Positions 24,672 to 36,296 of a stretch of 64,000 nt of DNA are shown in pieces. How positions within the stretch are numbered: position 1 is the first letter of the stretch; every line of letters starts with the position of its first letter. The stretch comes from Lingula anatina (lineage: Eukaryota > Animalia > Brachiopoda), in the NCBI GenBank assembly GCA_051362555.1, contig CM120640.1:33623967-33687966 (forward strand), read 5' to 3'. Position numbers and translations under genes: made by a program. Below the pieces are notes generated by a model that was not told where the DNA came from, did not search any database, and was given only the letters and a program-made list of their open reading frames with translations.

Positions 24672-27209
24672 ATGATGACGTCCTCGGATAACACAACTGG
24701 CCTTAGTACGGTGGGGGAGGCTGTGACCGAAACAATTACCACCACTACAACTGGTACTCCCGGATGGATAGACTGGGGCTATCTCGGCCCGGACGACGCA
24801 GCATCGGGCTCACTGACTCCCGAAGATACTTCGTGGATGGCCAATTTTACCAAGACCGATGCGAGTCAGCTGGCCGCAAGGACTGCCTTCTTAGGCTTGT
24901 TCATAGTGGTGGCCTTTGTTGGCAACTGTGTATTAATTGCCACAGTGTCTCAAAGTAAACGTTTGAGGAGATCAATGTTCAATATATTCATCATCAACAT
25001 GGCTGTGGTGAATTTATTAGACTGTGTTCTCAACATGCCTCTCATTCTGGGAACCACTGTGAAAGAGGAGTGGGAATTCGGTCATTTCATTTGCAAACTG
25101 AATGCGTGTGGTATACAGTTAGTCTCTACAGAGAGACTGTTTTCTTTGACTGTGATGGTATTTGACAGGTGTGTGGCAATATTAGACTCGGCAAAATATT
25201 TCGAGCGGATGTCTCGATTTCGCGTCAACATGATAATTACGTATTCATGGGTGCAGTCCATTCTTTTTGCCCATGTGATACTTTATGTGACTACCATTCC
25301 GTCCAAATTATATCCAAGCCGTTACTTGTGCTCAATAGGAGAAAGTACACTAGCATACATAGCGACAACATCGGTAGTATGTTTTATTATACCATTCATC
25401 GCTATTGTAGTGCTATATTTTGTGATAATCAAGAAATGCGTTGCAGAGAAACTCCAAAATAAGATGATGTTACAGAATCATCAGTATACAGATTCAGCCT
25501 TGGATGAGCCAGTCATCTGGAGAGAAGTGCGAGGTGCAATTTACGTTGGCATTTTAGTTATTTTGTGGGGGATTTTCGAAGGACCATTCTTGTGCATTAA
25601 CTACATAGAGCAATTCCAAAAGTCTGTTGAACTGAAACCCACTTCAACTTTATCTGTCTCCTATCCATATGAGATTGAGCTAGTGTTCACATGGATGAGA
25701 ATGAGTTATCCAATTTGTCTCCCATTTGCTACATTCTTCTGGAGAAAGGAGATTTGGCAGAAGTTTAAAGACCTCATTCTATGCAGGAAAAGCAATCTTG
25801 TGGTGGATGTTACTCCTAGGGTGGAAAAGGAAAAGGAAAAAGAAAAGGAGCGTGAAAAGAAACTGCTAGAGAAAGAGGCCATGATGCTGAATGCCAGCTC
25901 TAGTTTCAATGCCCCTGTTCTCTTTGCCACTGCCAATGGGTTGCATGTAAGAATGTTTGTGAATGGTGAAGAGGATGAAATGTCGGAGTCACAAGGAAGT
26001 GTTTTAGGTGACAATCTTCTCTTAGCTCAGGAGGTCATTAAAACATCTCGTTCACAAAAGTGCGATGTTGATGGTTCAGCTGGCACAGTGAACAAAATCC
26101 CCAATGATGAAGATACAAGTGACTATGACTCTCAGAGTGAACTTGATCCATTTTCTGTGTCTAATCCCGTCTCTGTGAAAAGCATTGAAAAGAGCCACGA
26201 CAGACAAAAGTCAAACTCCAGCAATAGTACCAGTAGCACATCACGGGAAGTCACTGAGAATGCTGACAACAAAGTAAAAGAAATGGAGATGAAGCAAATT
26301 TTAAATGCCTCTGGGAGGCAAAAGACGAGGAAAAAGAGTCAGAGTTCTGCAGCTGTTGAGAAACTGGACTTGGGAGAAGTAACCGAGGGAGCTAGCAAAG
26401 TTGATGAAGCGGAGGATGCCAAATTAGACTCTGGCCGTGGAACAGGAGAAAGTTCAAACAAAAAACGGAGACCAAAACTAGAAACAACTGATAGTCCAGA
26501 AACCAGACTTCCTAAAGACAGAGAAGTATCTAAAAATGGAGCAAAAGAAACTCATAAACAAGATGTCACTGTTGACATAAGTAATGCTTCAGATTCTCCT
26601 AATTTGGTGTCAACCGCAGAGGTGAAAAAACCCAGACCCAAGAAAAAGAAAAAAACAAAGATACTCGTCCATGAAGAAAAGGTTGAAATGTCTTCAGTGA
26701 AAGAGACAAATAATATCGATCCAGGCATCCCAATGTCTAGAAGACCACCACCCAGACTGAAACCCCTGGATCATTTACCAAAATCAGACAATTCTGTGCC
26801 ATCTATTTTAAACAATTTAGAGAGTGATCTGACATTACAAAGGTCACCTGTTGACAGCATTACTGGAAACCAGGTTCAACCAAATGGAAATATTGTTAGC
26901 AAAGAAACTGTAAACCATGAACCCGACCAAGAATATCACACAAAACCAAACTCTTTGGAAAAGCCAGCGAAAGTGAAAGCCAATAGAACAAAACCTAGAC
27001 GATCAAGTTTGTCGCCTGATGAGCCGAAAAAGAAGAAAAATCGCCGTCACAACAGTTGTGATTCAGAATCTTCTCTACTTCAAATGTCTTCTAATTCAGA
27101 TGACATCCGTAACCTCAAAGCACTTGCAGAAGAAGAAGAAGTCAAAATGAAAAAGAGGTCTAAATCTGAAAGTCAGCAAGACTTGCTGGATGGTGCATCA
27201 CCAAGATGA
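24672..27209 (+). CDS. Class A (rhodopsin-family) orphan GPCR, GPR161/GPR101-like, long low-complexity C-tail (845 aa)
   Basis: Seven TM segments: GN in TM1, WEFGHFIC in ECL1, DRC at the TM3 end, FIIPF in TM5; TM7 IELVFTWMRMSYPICLPFATFFWRK resembles GPR161 TM7. Intronless ORF. Confidence 0.85.
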   Translation: MMTSSDNTTGLSTVGEAVTETITTTTTGTPGWIDWGYLGPDDAASGSLTPEDTSWMANFTKTDASQLAARTAFLGLFIVVAFVGNCVLIATVSQSKRLRRSMFNIFIINMAVVNLLDCVLNMPLILGTTVKEEWEFGHFICKLNACGIQLVSTERLFSLTVMVFDRCVAILDSAKYFERMSRFRVNMIITYSWVQSILFAHVILYVTTIPSKLYPSRYLCSIGESTLAYIATTSVVCFIIPFIAIVVLYFVIIKKCVAEKLQNKMMLQNHQYTDSALDEPVIWREVRGAIYVGILVILWGIFEGPFLCINYIEQFQKSVELKPTSTLSVSYPYEIELVFTWMRMSYPICLPFATFFWRKEIWQKFKDLILCRKSNLVVDVTPRVEKEKEKEKEREKKLLEKEAMMLNASSSFNAPVLFATANGLHVRMFVNGEEDEMSESQGSVLGDNLLLAQEVIKTSRSQKCDVDGSAGTVNKIPNDEDTSDYDSQSELDPFSVSNPVSVKSIEKSHDRQKSNSSNSTSSTSREVTENADNKVKEMEMKQILNASGRQKTRKKSQSSAAVEKLDLGEVTEGASKVDEAEDAKLDSGRGTGESSNKKRRPKLETTDSPETRLPKDREVSKNGAKETHKQDVTVDISNASDSPNLVSTAEVKKPRPKKKKKTKILVHEEKVEMSSVKETNNIDPGIPMSRRPPPRLKPLDHLPKSDNSVPSILNNLESDLTLQRSPVDSITGNQVQPNGNIVSKETVNHEPDQEYHTKPNSLEKPAKVKANRTKPRRSSLSPDEPKKKKNRRHNSCDSESSLLQMSSNSDDIRNLKALAEEEEVKMKKRSKSESQQDLLDGASPR

Positions 27210-27745
27210 CAAACAGTGAGTAGCTTATAATTTATTTAAATAAACCAGTTTTAAATTGATGTTTATATAAATAAATTTATACATGACACTAGGCTAGAAA
27301 AATAAGTGAGTTCAGTTCAGATAAACGGCAAACAAAAAAACATGCACAACATATTGATTTCTGCTTCCTATAATTGGACCCATGTCAGACTCTGGTATTT
27401 TAATTTACCTGCAGCAATTTATTGATCAGCAAAGCACTTTGCATCTGAACATCATTTCAATAGATCTGTAGACTAAAACACACCTGTAACCTAAAGTAGA
27501 CTGAACTAATGCTGTGTCAGGTTGTTGAGAAATGTAAAGATATCTATAGGTTTGGTTAGAAAAACATGAAATATGCTGTTATTAATTGCTATTTGTCATG
27601 AAATTGGTGCAGGGTTGTTATTCCACCACAATAGATTAAAGTCATAATAACTCTTCGTTTTGGCCAAAAAGTGGATTTTCCTGGAAAAAAACGGCAATTT
27701 TCCCGTACTTACCAATGGCCAACGACCCCATTCCTGCATTCAAAG

Positions 27746-28303
27746 TTAATCCAGGGTTTTTTTCCTAAACGTACGGTTTTTTGTTAAAATCACTTAAGAG
27801 ATTTTAACTGACGGAGCTCTCTCTGACATTGCAAAGTCACTGGTGACCTACTTAAAACCGCGGGAAAAGCTGACAACAACAACACTATATAAGATTCATG
27901 AGATATATTCGTCTTTTTGTTAAAAATGCATTTATATCCACAATGTGTGCCATTCTGGGCTTTTCGTTATCCGACGCACTGTACAAAAACTCGCAACTTA
28001 CATCTGAGGGTTTCCCGCCATGTTATTTTGGTCTCGAATGAACGCGAGAATCCGCGTGACACCATTACGTCATTAGCAACGAATGCACTTGTCGACCGGA
28101 AAAAAGGGATCGAAAGCCCTATTGACAAGCACAGATTTTAGTTTTCCTACAATAACGGCCGTTTTAGTGGTAAAATACAATAGAATATATTTCCATGCGT
28201 TGTTTACAATGTATTTCATGCGGATTTTTGAATCTCAAAGGAAGAGTTATTATTGCTTTAATTCCACTACAATAGAAATGTGTCAAAATGACCCCTGGTT
28301 GAC
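27746..28303. mobile_element. Probable non-autonomous DNA element
   Basis: Locally CpG-rich block bounded by imperfect inverted ends gttaatccagggtttt / aaaatgacccctggttgacc. Confidence 0.35.
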
Positions 28304-29271
28304 CAGTACATGACAGATTGATAGAGAACACAGTAGGGAGCTACTTATTAGTAAAGGCTTAAGAACCAAGGGTACTGAATAACTTGAAGGTGCATGATAA
28401 TGATAACTTCGTATAATTTATCTTTGAGCAGGAGCTGACTTAAATAGAACTTTCTGATTATTTGCCATAGCTAACAGTGTTTCATATTTTGTTAAAATAT
28501 GCCATCAATCTGATGTTTAAGCTGTATTGAAGACGGACCTAAAATAATGTAATAAGAACATGAAAATAAAAAACTCCAGCTGGAACATACCATTGATTGA
28601 AACTTGCTCAGCTCTGTATTTTAAAATTAGCATTCATAACTTCATAAGTGACCCAAGCGTTGAAAAATTGAAAAGGGTTCAGTTACATGAAAATGAAGTG
28701 TTGTTCTTGTGATTATTATTAATCTCTGTTTTGGCAGTGCAGTCATGCAGAGCAGATCCTGAGTATAAAACTTTTTGTTTTTAAATAGAAGCTGGTGTGA
28801 AAAGCTCATAGTTTGACAAACGCCAGTGAAGCAAACTGTTATAACCCTGCATAATACTAGCTTACTGCATTTACTGCAGCATTGTGAAGTTTTGTATTGT
28901 CCTGGATTCTCTACTGAGCATGCTAGTAGTTGTGCAGGTCATGATAGCATAACCCAGGCATTCATATTGATCCATTGAATAGCGTGGGTATAGGTTCTTT
29001 TGAGCCTTAGGATTTTAATGTTTTTTACGGGAGAGAAAAAGTGACACAAGCTTCTTGTGAACTAAATACAATAAACCCGTTTCTTTATTGCAGTTTAAAT
29101 CAGGTTGAATTATACTTCAAGTGTGTAAATATGGAATTTTTGACAAATATGATCAAGACTCGACATGAACTTATATAACCACCTGTCCAAATTTGAATCC
29201 AGCCTTTCCAACAAAACCAATATTTTTCCCATTCATATCTGTCAGTGAACTTGGTAAACTATCATGTATAA

Positions 29272-29483
29272 AGCCCCCTTTACACTGGACGGCGTCCCTT
29301 CTACGTCCAGCAGTTCGGCCCCATTTGAGAGTTAAAGAATTATAATACTTTACGTGCCGACAACTGGTCGATCATTGAGCATTCATTCTGATACCAAATC
29401 AATGCTCGTGCCTCCTTATTAAGACCACAGCGATGCCAAATTTCATGGTCGCAGAAAGGACGCCGTCCAGTGTAAAGGGGGTA
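29272..29483. mobile_element. PIF/Harbinger-type MITE
   Basis: TIR ccccctttacactggacggcgtcc / ggacgccgtccagtgtaaaggggg flanked by a TAA target duplication. Confidence 0.85.
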
Positions 29484-32400
29484 TAATCAAGAATGTATTA
29501 GTATTAACGTCATAGGACCCATATTTGACAGCTCAATATATTGGACACTTTGTGTTTATTCCCCTTTGTTTAATTTATTTGAAGAGATCAAGTGTACATT
29601 GCATGTACAAACTTTTTCTGTCACAGGAGCACATTTTTTTGCTTTAAAACTTCATACATGGATCATTATGGATAAGAAAATTTGTTTTCAATTACTCATA
29701 AAATATGACCTGTCTGTTGGACAGCCCATCCTGCAACTTCACCTGTTCAAACTGAATTTTTACTTCTGTCCTCAGTACTTATTTTAACTTATAATATATG
29801 TGTGATGCTCACTATAGCTCTGTCCGACAGGCATCAGTATTGAGGCCTGATGATAAAATGTCAGAATTTTTATGGTCACTGGTCATATGCCTTTTAAGTC
29901 CAGACTACAATGCAGGCAACTAAGCCATTAAATGGTCATTCTTGCTGCCCCCAAAGTGAGTTCATGGATGTCATTGGATTTTGGACTTTTCTGTGTGTTT
30001 CCTGCATAGGTTTTTTTTTTCAAGAAAAACAAGGTTATTAAATCTCCATGATATGTATCCATAAAGAAAAAGGCTTCACATCTATATTTAGGATAATTGC
30101 AAGTACTAGTACCAGTGCATAGTTCTTTTGCTATTATTAACCATACTGACTCATTTCATTCAACAGATAGGTTAATTATTTTGGCCTACACTCAACATGA
30201 TGGAGGAATAAGGTTGATATTAGGGCCAATGAAAAATATTGTAATACAGTTTGCAAATAGCAACATGCTGGGATATGGACGCTTTACCTTGTAGCCCTGT
30301 TTGCTCGACTCGACCGAATCTCAAGTTCAACAAAGGTGGACCCATGTGTTTGTCTTGTGGTAGGGACGCAGTGTGGCGTGTTGTATTTTTATTTATTTAT
30401 TTATTTTTTTGCAAGTCATATGTGACAGTTATTTAAAGTTTTAGTCGGTACCTTTTTGATATCTTTATTTTCCCAATTTTTATGACATAGGCTGTTTAAA
30501 AGATACTGTAAGGTATGTGTTCTGTTTCAGGTTGGGGTATAGCATGAAACCCAATAATAGAGGTTTACCAGATACTTACATTTTCTTGGTCTGTTGGACT
30601 GTAGAAGCCAGTCACCCTTCTATACTGTTCTTTTTGAAATTTTCACCTGTTTTGGAAAACAAGCTAGTGCTTCATACAGGCATATATGAATTGGCAAACA
30701 TTATTTTTTTTTGTTCTTGTTGAGTTTCAGTGCTTGCCTAACCCAGTGTAAACAGAAAGCAATCATTGGCAGTGGGCAAACCTTGTCATAACTTGCTTCC
30801 ACAGAGTTTGTTTTGCACAAAAATATCGATGAAAAGAAAAGCCCTACTTAAATTGGCCTTGTTAGGTGTATTGCCCTTGAGAAGAAAAAAAAACAGATTA
30901 AAGCATACCATTATGTAAATAGTCTAAAACGGTCCAATAATAGAATCTGTTTTCTGCGGGGGAGGGAGCGAGTTAGTAAGTTAGTTGAACATTAATGGGG
31001 CAGACGGTGATCGACTCAAAGACAGGGAGAGATGGAGCTGGAGAAAGAGATGAAATTAATAATAAAAGAAAGTCAATATTTGGACAAAGGCAATGCCCAT
31101 CATGACTTAGCAAATAACTTTAAATCCTTGTCTAATTCTGTATCCAAAGGATTTAGGCCCTTGGAGTTTGGGTTCTTTATATGTGACAAAATCATGACAA
31201 TATTCCTTGGCATAAGTAATGTCCACACAATAATTGATTGTTACACCCGGTCTGCCTTCAAAGTGCTTTCATGAAATATGCATAATACTTTACCTGTGCC
31301 ATTAAACTTTTAGCTGCAGAGATCAATGCAGCTGTTTACTCTCTGTTCAACTTTGAGGACTCAGAAGTGTTAAGCATGGGGCTTAAATGCCCATGCACCT
31401 ATTATTACCCATGTATTGGGTTTTATTGTAATTTCAAATGGAAAATCAGTCCAATATCAGTCAGTCAGATCCCAGCTCAACTTCTGCTAAAATTATTTAA
31501 GTTACAATGCAAAATATTTCTTGTTAATAATGTATCCATGATGAAACATTTTTCATTTTTATCACCAGGATGCTTAGGAAGAGTTCTTTTATGTTTTTCT
31601 GTCCCAGATCAGGGACTGTGGCAAAGATAAGCTGAATGAGTAATGTTTACATAATGGGAAAAGCTTGCACATACATTCACTTTCATGCCAATCATTGTAG
31701 ACTGTTGCTGAAGATGATCAAGATATATTGTTATAGGAATCTTTGGCTAACAAGTGTCATCGTGTTTCTTAGGCTGCCAAAAAATAAAATAAGAGTAAAT
31801 ATAAGAATAAGCTCCTTTTAAATCATTCTGTCCTTATTATAGTTCGGAATGGGGAAATGTTTTGGGGCAAAGTTGTTTTGATGGTTTAATTTTAAATGAT
31901 GTCTTACCTGATTTATTTTTTTCTTTCAGGCTTTGTCAAAAAGGAGGGAGACTTGGACTTGCAGCCTTGACACAGCCAAGAAAATACTGGAAGCTTTGAG
32001 ATGAGAAAGATGGATGAGACCTTTATAAGGAGGAGGAGTGGAATTAGCAACAGGGTTGCCATAGAATTGTATACCTAAATGCTTCTGATAATACTTTATC
32101 TCATTCATTTCACAATAACAAAATAATCAGGACTTTATATGTCCCTTTTTAAAGAAATTGATAGGACAAGTCTTGTACTAAGGTTTTTCATAATACTTAA
32201 CACAAGCTACATTTTGCTTATGTATATAGCAAAATGTAGTGTATTTACATGTATTTAAAGTACAGTATGTATATTGAACTTTATCATATTAGCTATCAGG
32301 CAGCATATTTCGTGTTGAATCACCGTAACAGAAATGAAAAGGATTAGATGTATGAATGATTAATGTAGTGAAAAGGGTGTTTCTTTATACCCATAGTACT

Positions 32401-32702
32401 GTTATGTTGTAGTGCGTCTTCCTTCATTACAGTGTTAGTAGAAAGTTGTAAGTGTTACTACTGTGTTAGAGAGATTGTCCTCTGTCTGCCTGTCTGTCCA
32501 TCAATCCGTCCATCATAAAAATGTACTTCAATTATTGAGGGGGGATTTTGTTCATCTGTCCATCCCTCAAATATACCTCATCTGAGTTACTATAAAAGGA
32601 TATAAGTTCTTCAAAGGGTGCAGGTTATAAGTATCAATTTTTACAAGAATTCAAAGGAAGAAGAAAAATATGACATCAAGTAATAAGAGGTTTAGAGCTT
32701 AG

Positions 32703-32918
32703 ACCCCATTTCCATAGATAAGTTCGATCTACTTTAGATCGACCTAACTCCCTGGGGGTTCACGCTAAATATAGCTGTCAGCCAAGCGGACACGAAAGTT
32801 AATTACCCTCTTACAGCTTGTAGTAGGCGGGACGGACATTTAAGCCGGATTATCTGACAGTAATCTAGTGAGACTCCCCGCGGGGATAGATCGATCTAAA
32901 AGCTCTGGGAATACAGCC
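32703..32918. mobile_element. AGATCGATC MITE family copy
   Basis: Reverse-complement match to about 5985-6150; ends ...gggaatacagcc|tta. Confidence 0.8.
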
Positions 32919-35094
32919 TTAGAGTTTAAGGAGCTTTTGAAGGATCTTTCAGGAATAAGGATTCCTTGTTTCTTTTTAGTTTGTAAAATGTTTACAGCTG
33001 GGCGAAGCAGTTTTAGTGATATGAAGGGATGAACCAAAACAGCTTCATGTCTCCCACTGAGATTTTTTTAAACCCTGGAACAATGCAACAGCAGAGGTTC
33101 TGAAGTATTACTGATATGCTGTCATTTTTTTCAGGGACTGATTTGATCTTCTAGCGCAATGTATGTAGTCTTTACATCAGTTTGACATTTTTAAGTAGGT
33201 AAGATTGTGAACGGCTGTATTGTCAGACTGTCAGACAGCTCCAGGGAGGCACATGGGAAAGGAAAAAATAGAAGTGCTCTTACTCCTGTTTAGCAGTTCA
33301 TGTGCTTATGGTAATAGAGTAGTATTGTAGACCTCTGTACTAGGTGACTGCATATGAGACTAGGAAACGTGTTAGAATTTGAGGTTGGGCTAATCTTTTA
33401 GCAGTAAGGGTGATACTCTGTGCCAGATATGTCGCTTTAGAAAACTATCCCAAAGTAATAAACATAGTGAGTACATCCTGTTGCTAGAAGATGGTTATTT
33501 TATAGAACTAGAGAGAAAGCCACCATAAAAAAAAATATGTGAATAAATTCTTTAAATTTTGTTTAATGCAACACAACACTTACATGTGTGCCATAGTTTC
33601 TGACTTCAGTATCTCCTAAATCTCTTAGGACACATTCACAACAGATGATCCACGGACTAACGGAACATCTGTTCTGAGTGGGGCTTAAGTCTCGGTTGAT
33701 TTCATGCAAAGTCACAAGACTTTAAGATATCAGATGATTACCATTGGGAAAGGCTTGTTTTGTCCTTTATACACAGTACCATTCTTTGTTATTAGACTGA
33801 ACCAGGACTTCCAGAATTGGCATGTTACAGGCGAGTGTCTGGTTTATGTGAGTTGGCTGTATGTGCAAGGTCTGCTGTACTAATAATGTCACCATCTAGT
33901 TGCCCTGCCGTCTATTCCTAAAACAGCCTAGCCTTTTTGATAAGATTTGATACAAGGCAATTTTTTTTCCTCTGTAAATACTCCAGGTAACACCAGGGTT
34001 GGCTTGAGTTCATGTTAACCATCAAACACCTTCGACTTTTCACTAGTACATTTTAAAATCGTTTCGTTCCAAATGCCAATAAGAGTGTTGGATGGTTTGT
34101 GATTGATGTCTTTGTATTAAACATAAGGGAAAACATCTTCATACTATGTGTAAACAGCATATCAATACTTGCTCTCAGCTTTAATTGGGATACACCTTGG
34201 TAAAGATCAATAAGAAATGTAGAGGAACTTATTTGCCTGGGTCCCCTAGCTGCTATTTGCTCTGTAGTTTGTCACACAAATTATGCAGTCAAATCAAGCT
34301 AGGGCATTATCATATGTCAAGTTTATTATGCAAGTGATTTATTCAAATGGACCAGGATGTGCTACGCTAATGTAAATAGATGATATATATACAGTATACA
34401 GGGTATGGTTTATTACTGCCGAGTATTATGCATGCCAGGGCCATAAGTCAAAACATAATAGGTGGTAAGCCATTACCTTAACTTGCAAAAGATGTCTGCA
34501 TGATGCTAAATGGTTGATATTATATAAGAGGGGTTTTTATTTCTGTATTATCAGGTCCTCTTTTAGTGGGGAATTTAAACGCCAATGAACCTGCCTCATC
34601 ATTTGTGATTTTTACCAACCATTTTCATATTGCTTCCACCAATTGGTACAAGTGCAAAAATTAATTTAAAGTTTCAGCTGTTCCTTACGAATATTGCTAA
34701 GGATTGAGTCCCATGTTTTTGCAATGTATTCTGTGATTGTAAACCACGCCCCTCTTTACATTTCTGTTATAATTTTCTTTCCGTCCATGAACATAAATGC
34801 CTCATACCTGTGCTTGTAGTATGTATAGGCTCGAGTAATGTTTGTGGTAGTCAGTGTTAAGAGAGAAAGGAATAGTTGTAGTCATTTGTTATTTTTTGTG
34901 TTTGCATTTCGAAGGTCATGCTTGCTTGTGTTGCTTTTGTTTAATGATGCAAGAATTGTGAGCAAGGTGATTTTTTTTATGAATGCTACAATGTGTTATT
35001 ATGCGAAGTTAAAAGACCGCAAGAAAAAAAGGAATTTTACAATTTAGATATTTACTAAGATATAATTAAAATACAATTAAGCAAGCATAATACT

Positions 35095-35149
<55 letters not shown>

Positions 35150-36296
35150 GTGATTTGGACTTTAAACAAGTATAAACATTATTGGTAGGCTATACAATTT
35201 ATTTTCATTTTTGTTGTACACAATAGCTTTCAAAGCTATATTTTTAAGTCTGTTGATATTGCTAAAGGAATATATATATAAATGTGGTAGATGTTAGATA
35301 TAATGGAATTTATATAAAAGGTTGTGCATCAGTATATTTAAAAGGGACCAAGGTTGCTTCTTTGCAAGAGTGAATCCTATGTTCTTTATCTTTTGTAAGA
35401 TATTTTTACATCATGAAATATTTTGGTGTCATAGCACCTGCTTATTATAATGGTGTAGTGTCAAAGCTCCATGTGGTTTTGTACATTATTTCTATACTAG
35501 AAGATAATAAAACCAAAAATGGAATAAGAGAAAAAATAATAAAATGAAATTTTAATCAACATCTTGGCATTTTGTTTTGCATTATTGTTACTATATTTTT
35601 TCTTTCTTTTGGTATACAGTAAAAAGGTTTATTTCTTCAATTTTGTACGTATTTGTGCCATTTTCACAAGTATGCTTCTCATCCTAACCTAAAATGTCAA
35701 TATCTGTGCGTCAAAATTTCAAATTCCTGACTTAATGATGGCTCGGTCAGACACACACTTCCATAAAAGCAAGTTGGTTCACTTATCTATAAAAGAAAAG
35801 CAGTGGCAATTATTTTTAGTATTATATAACATGAACACAAAACATCACATCTGTAAAAATAAGTAAGCATGTAACCATGCATGTCCCTCCAACAAAACCA
35901 TGTAAGTTATATACCATTAAAATTCATATATTTGTAACTTATATTGGCAACAAATCTGTGCATTTTTACAGAAAAAAAACCTATAAAAAAACCTATAAAA
36001 AACCTCTAAACCTTCATACAGAGTAAAATGGATATATAGGTATTACATTTACACCTATGTTAAAAAATCTGCTTAAAACAAAGTGGGCAAAATGACAAAA
36101 TCGAGAAAAAAAGATTCCCTGATGTAACAAATAATGCATTATGCTTGTAAAAATAAGCAACCAGTGGGCACCAAGTTGAAAAGCTAAGCAATGCATGACT
36201 TTCAAGAAATCGTAAAGCGTAAACTTAAATTTTCATGAGTCAGTTTTTATATCAATTATAAATGCGTATTAGCACCTCTCTGACCGGTTCAAAGAT

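Noticed and set aside
25680-25745. GPCR as an opsin
   Set aside because: Position 7.43 is Met, not the retinal-binding Lys.
27207-27209. TGA as selenocysteine
   Set aside because: No SECIS could be identified by eye and there is no redox motif context.
35098-35148. Poly-T as a retroposon tail
   Set aside because: No adjacent retroelement body or TSD seen.
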